Source: Klebsormidium nitens (taxonomy: Eukaryota > Plantae > Klebsormidiophyceae). Taken from it: a stretch of DNA of 64,000 nucleotides. Numbering within the stretch: the first letter of the stretch is position 1; each line of letters starts with the position of its first letter. The notes below the pieces were generated by a model. The model was not told the DNA's origin. It saw only the letters and a list, made by a program, of their open reading frames with translations, and searched no databases. A program made the translations under genes and the position numbers. Shown piece after piece: positions 60,801-64,000 of this stretch. The DNA lies in assembly GCA_000708835.1 (NCBI GenBank), contig DF237432.1, positions 1 through 64,000 on the forward strand, given 5' to 3'.

Positions 60801-63800
60801 ACCTTCTGGTTTCGCATTCGCAGTTCGTTCCGACTCTGCTAGCGAGCCGAGCGGAAAGGGGTTCCCTTAACCAAAACGTCAAACCCCTCCCGGAGGCGCT
60901 AGGAAAACACTCAGGGGACTTCGTGCCGAGCTCCCTAGCTTCCATTCTTTCGTTGCTAGACACCCCTCCATTGCCGGTGGGCTTTGAAAGGAGCACCCCG
61001 CAAATGGCGGCGGGAAAAGCGGGCGCAAACGCGGAAGGGTTTGCCGATGCTGAAGCGTCAGTGTCGGGAATCATCACGGAGCTGCTGTCACCCCTTCCGT
61101 TAGGCAGTGCCCCGAACGAAGCGGGTCGTTCGTTAGCTAGGAGTCAAAATCCGAGTTCCGAACACGGCACGCGATCGAGCATCAGAACTGCAGCAGCCCC
61201 TGTCAAAAGCGAGCCACTTAACACCGCCCAATCAGAAGTAGTCCAGCTGCTAACGGTTCTTCTAGGCCTCCGGAAAGCGCACGCAAACTCTAGCGGGGGC
61301 ACCGACGCTCAACCCGTGGACGATCTTCTATCGCTGCTGCTGGCCGCTTATGGGGCGACGATGAGCGGTCTGGACCGTCGGATCCTGCACCTGATGCGGC
61401 AAATCGACGGCCAGGAAGGCGCGCGGGGTCTGGTCGGGATGGACTATTTGTGGGGCGAGCGAGCGCTGCGATCGCGCCAGGAGCAGAGACTGTCAGGTTA
61501 GGGCCGCATTTCGTTCGGCGCAAGGACCCCTCTTCTTGAAGTTCGAAGCGTCTGCTTTTGCTTCGGACTGAGAAGATATCGTACGCGCACGTTGAAAGCT
61601 CTCGTGGGCGGTCTAGAATTTCCAAGTGGATTCTGTTTTCCTTGCTCTGATATAGCGATGCCTGCGCGATCAGCTGGCGCCAATCCGACGGAAAGCCGAG
61701 GTGTCTTTGTTTGGATCCGTTCCGCTGTTCCGGTTTCGGGCTGATCCAGAAGCGACGCCTTTCGCTTGGAGTGGCAAACATTTGATCTTATTGAGCTGCG
61801 CATCCTCTCTGCCTCGATTTCGCCGCAGCTAAGTTCTCGCGAAAATCCGTAACCGAATGCTATCATTGTTTGATGCCAAGCGTTTTGTCCGACACCAGCG
61901 CTGAGTCCCGCTACATTTGCAGACAGGCCCACTATACCCGGTCAAGCCGACTGTGCTCTCCTCTGTTCAAGCCCTCAAGCAACAACCGAGCCACACACTA
62001 CTAAAGGTTTCTTTCCAGGAGGTGCGTTTGACACCGGCGCTCGGTCTTGTCAGTATTGGGAAGAGATTTCACTACCCCCCGGCGGTGCGGCCTGGCCGTG
62101 CTCTCACATCACATCTATTACCAGTCCAGTCAAGCAAACAAGTTATTAAGTACTTCAGGCAAACCCCTTTGGCTGACCCTAAACAAGAACTTCCTTTCCA
62201 GGGGTTGCGTTCGACACCGGCGTTCAGTCCCGTCAGTTTCCGGAAGAGAGCCCATTAAGCCCCGGCAGTGCGGCCTGGCCGTGCTCTTACATCACATCTT
62301 TTACCAGTCCAGTCAGACGAACAGACTTTCAAGCACTTCAGCTGAACCCCTGTGAATAAAGCATAGTCCAAATTCTGCTTTTCAGGGGTTGCGTTCGACA
62401 CCGGCGCTCGGTCCCGCCAGTTTCGGGAAGAGAGCCCACTCGACCCCCGGCGGTGCGGCCTGGCGGTGCTCTACTTTCCGGTCCGCCGGAGCTTGTACCC
62501 TGCTCAGCCGGACGAGGGAACGCGGAACAAGGGTGCGGCGGTCGACCCGGAAGAAGGTGCGGAACTATATCCTCGGGTATCTGAAACCCCAAGAGCTCTT
62601 TTTTGTTAGCAACTTGGGTTAGTGCGCTTCGTTTCGTTGGCTTCCTTGCCATGCCACCGGCGGGGTCAACCGCACAGTCTTCGCCTCTAGAAATAGAAAA
62701 AGGTTCGGCCTGACATTTACTCCTTGATCGATTTACCATCAGAAGTTCCAAAACTTCTCTCAACCATGATAACATTCTTTCTTTCTCAGAGCTACGAAGC
62801 GCGGCCTACGACCCTTCGTTTCTGCTGCTCTTCGCCGTGCACTTTCCCATGACGGGCAGACTCGACTTTGCGCGATCGTCTTTCACTTCCGAAGCGTACC
62901 AGGAACTTTTGTGCACACCTTGACGAACATCTGCTCCTTTTCAGAGCTTCCAATGCGGTGTACGACCGTTCATTTCTTCTGCTTTCGTTTCTGCTGCCGT
63001 ACGCCGTGCACTTTGAGGATTTGCAAACTTCTTCTAGCGCAACCGTCGCTCCACCCAAAGGCACAGGAGACATACCTCGACATAGTTCATTCCTCTGTAG
63101 AGCTACAAACGCGGCCTAAGACTCCGCGTTTCTGCTGCCCTTCGCCGTGCAAAAGGAACTGTGCCTTCTTAAGATGAGCGCCATGGAGGCACGTCTTTTC
63201 TGCGCGACTTTTTCTGTCCGTTCCAGTGTATATCAGAAGCCTCCTTGAAAGCTGACAAAAACGTACATTCTTTTCTTTTCAGAGCTTCGAAGCGCGGCCT
63301 ACGACCCTTCGTTTCTGTTGCCCTTCGCGGTGCACGTCCTCAAGACGAGCGCCATGGAGGCGCGCGATTTCGCGCGGTCCGGCCTGCTGCAACTCGCGCT
63401 GGCCTCGCTCGCGGCGGCGGACGAGGGGATGCGCCGCGCGGGATACAACGTGCTCGCGCTCTACATGGCCAATCTAGAGGTGGGGACTTTTACGATTCGC
63501 TGTCCGCTTGCGTTCCGCTTTGCCGTTTGTTTGCGTTTCGCTTTGCCCTTGCGCTGCAGAAAAGTAGTTTAGAGTCACAGCTTGCAGATTCGAGGTCGGG
63601 TGTTCCGGTTGGTCGCAGGGTGCAGACGATCGAATCGACTACTCCCAGAGTAAACCCAAAGTTTTTGCAGACTGACCTCATGACGTAGCTCAATCTTGCG
63701 CTAGCTTTCCAGCACGCAAGCTCTGAGTTATCATGGAAGATACTGCCTTGATCCGGCTTGCTCTCGGTTCCCCGTAGATGCGAACGTATCCTTGCTTCCA

Positions 63801-64000
63801 GCATTTGCAGGTTTGCAACTGCTTCTCCTAAGTCGCGACAAAAGATCTGCTTCCAACATGCAATTTCCCAACTCCAATCCATCTCTTTTTGCCTTCTTCG
63901 CAGGACCCGGCGACCAGCTTCCGGGAGAAGCAGCAGGTGCGGCTGCTGCTGCATTACGTCAGAAACGCCATCACGGAGCCCCTCCAGCGCATCCCCATGA
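48863..64000 (+). CDS. URB1: Nucleolar pre-ribosomal-associated protein 1 (URB1/NPA1); 3' end lies beyond the window
   Basis: Fifteen phase-consistent exons: 48863-49237, 49848-50009, 50777-51052, 51392-51556, 52074-52248, 52694-52877, 53642-53813, 54692-54985, 55393-55623, 56160-56765, 57287-58432, 58724-61496, 62386-62556, 63283-63479, 63904->64000. Npa1-type ANACLMLLTAI..RG..FDFTL and STRAVFTEFALSFI, FPYSLEPR.SDRWF; NopRA1-type YDPSFLLPFAVH..FARSGLLQLALASLAAADEGMRRAGY and VRLLLHYVRNAITEPLQRIP. Confidence 0.92.
51956..52076 (+). repeat. ~60-bp tandem duplication ending at the URB1 exon-5 acceptor
   Basis: GCACAGCTCAAGATTATGCTTCC.TACAAAACA.T..TCC..CTCTGA.TT.TGCAGGG at 51956 and 52016. Confidence 0.9.
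52846..53075 (+). repeat. ~45-47-bp tandem array of the URB1 exon-6 3' end and donor, five copies including the real one
   Basis: GAGCCGCGGACGTCCGA.CGCTG|GTGAGC. Real donor GT at 52878; echoes at ~52903-52930 (mutated to GTCCGC), ~52947-52977, ~52993-53023 and ~53044-53073. Confidence 0.93.
54000..54260 (+). repeat. ~120-bp tandem array carrying two echoes of the URB1 exon-7 3' end and donor
   Basis: CTAAGC.GAGCGCTC.AG.ATCGCAGCACTTC....AG|GTAAGCCGC at ~54065-54112 and ~54180-54227, versus the real copy at 53775-53822. A spacer TGCAAC.TCAGG.TT.TCGTGT is also repeated. Confidence 0.92.
61885..62472 (+). repeat. ~185-bp tandem array of the URB1 exon-13 acceptor and exon start: three decoys plus the real copy
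   Basis: TTTCCAG|G.G.TGCGTT.GACACCGGCG.TC.GTC..GTCAGT.T.GGAAGAGA..CA...CCCCGGC.GTGCGGCCTGGC.GTGCTCT at ~62011, ~62194 and the real copy at ~62379; an older copy at ~61890. Confidence 0.93.
62770..63345 (+). repeat. ~155-180-bp array of the URB1 exon-14 acceptor and exon start: three decoys plus the real copy
   Basis: (Y)nAG|AGCT.C.AA.CGCGG..TA.GAC...CGTTTCTG.TGC.CTTCGC.GTGCA at ~62789, ~62943, ~63099 and the real copy at 63283. Confidence 0.9.

Overview
Eukaryotic, intron-rich nuclear DNA with GC-rich exons and GT-AG introns. The gene set mixes land-plant genes (HP30/TRIC, LIR1, LOG2-like) with a flagellar-type gene and a cyanobacterial-type DUF4346 gene, so it is most likely a streptophyte alga such as Klebsormidium (inference). 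By hand-splicing I can build 10 protein-coding genes, nine with essentially full exon chains and one (42407-48140) partly resolved: HP30/TRIC Tim17+SAM (+), a head-to-head pair of paralogous 7-exon genes of unknown function (-/+), a probable flagella-associated protein (-), LOG2/MGRN1-like RING E3 ligase (-), nitronate monooxygenase (+), plastid DUF4346 protein (-), LIR1 (+), an unidentified plastid-targeted protein (-), and URB1/NPA1 (+, runs off the end). I found no rRNA, tRNA, CRISPR array or intact transposon. The most striking pattern is a recurrent set of 'splice-junction echoes'. At ten or more exon boundaries in four unrelated genes, the exon end and its splice site are tandemly duplicated into the neighbouring intron. 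Donor echoes lie downstream of the real donor and acceptor echoes lie upstream of the real acceptor. Many keep an intact GT or AG, and in two arrays the copies decay with distance from the real exon.
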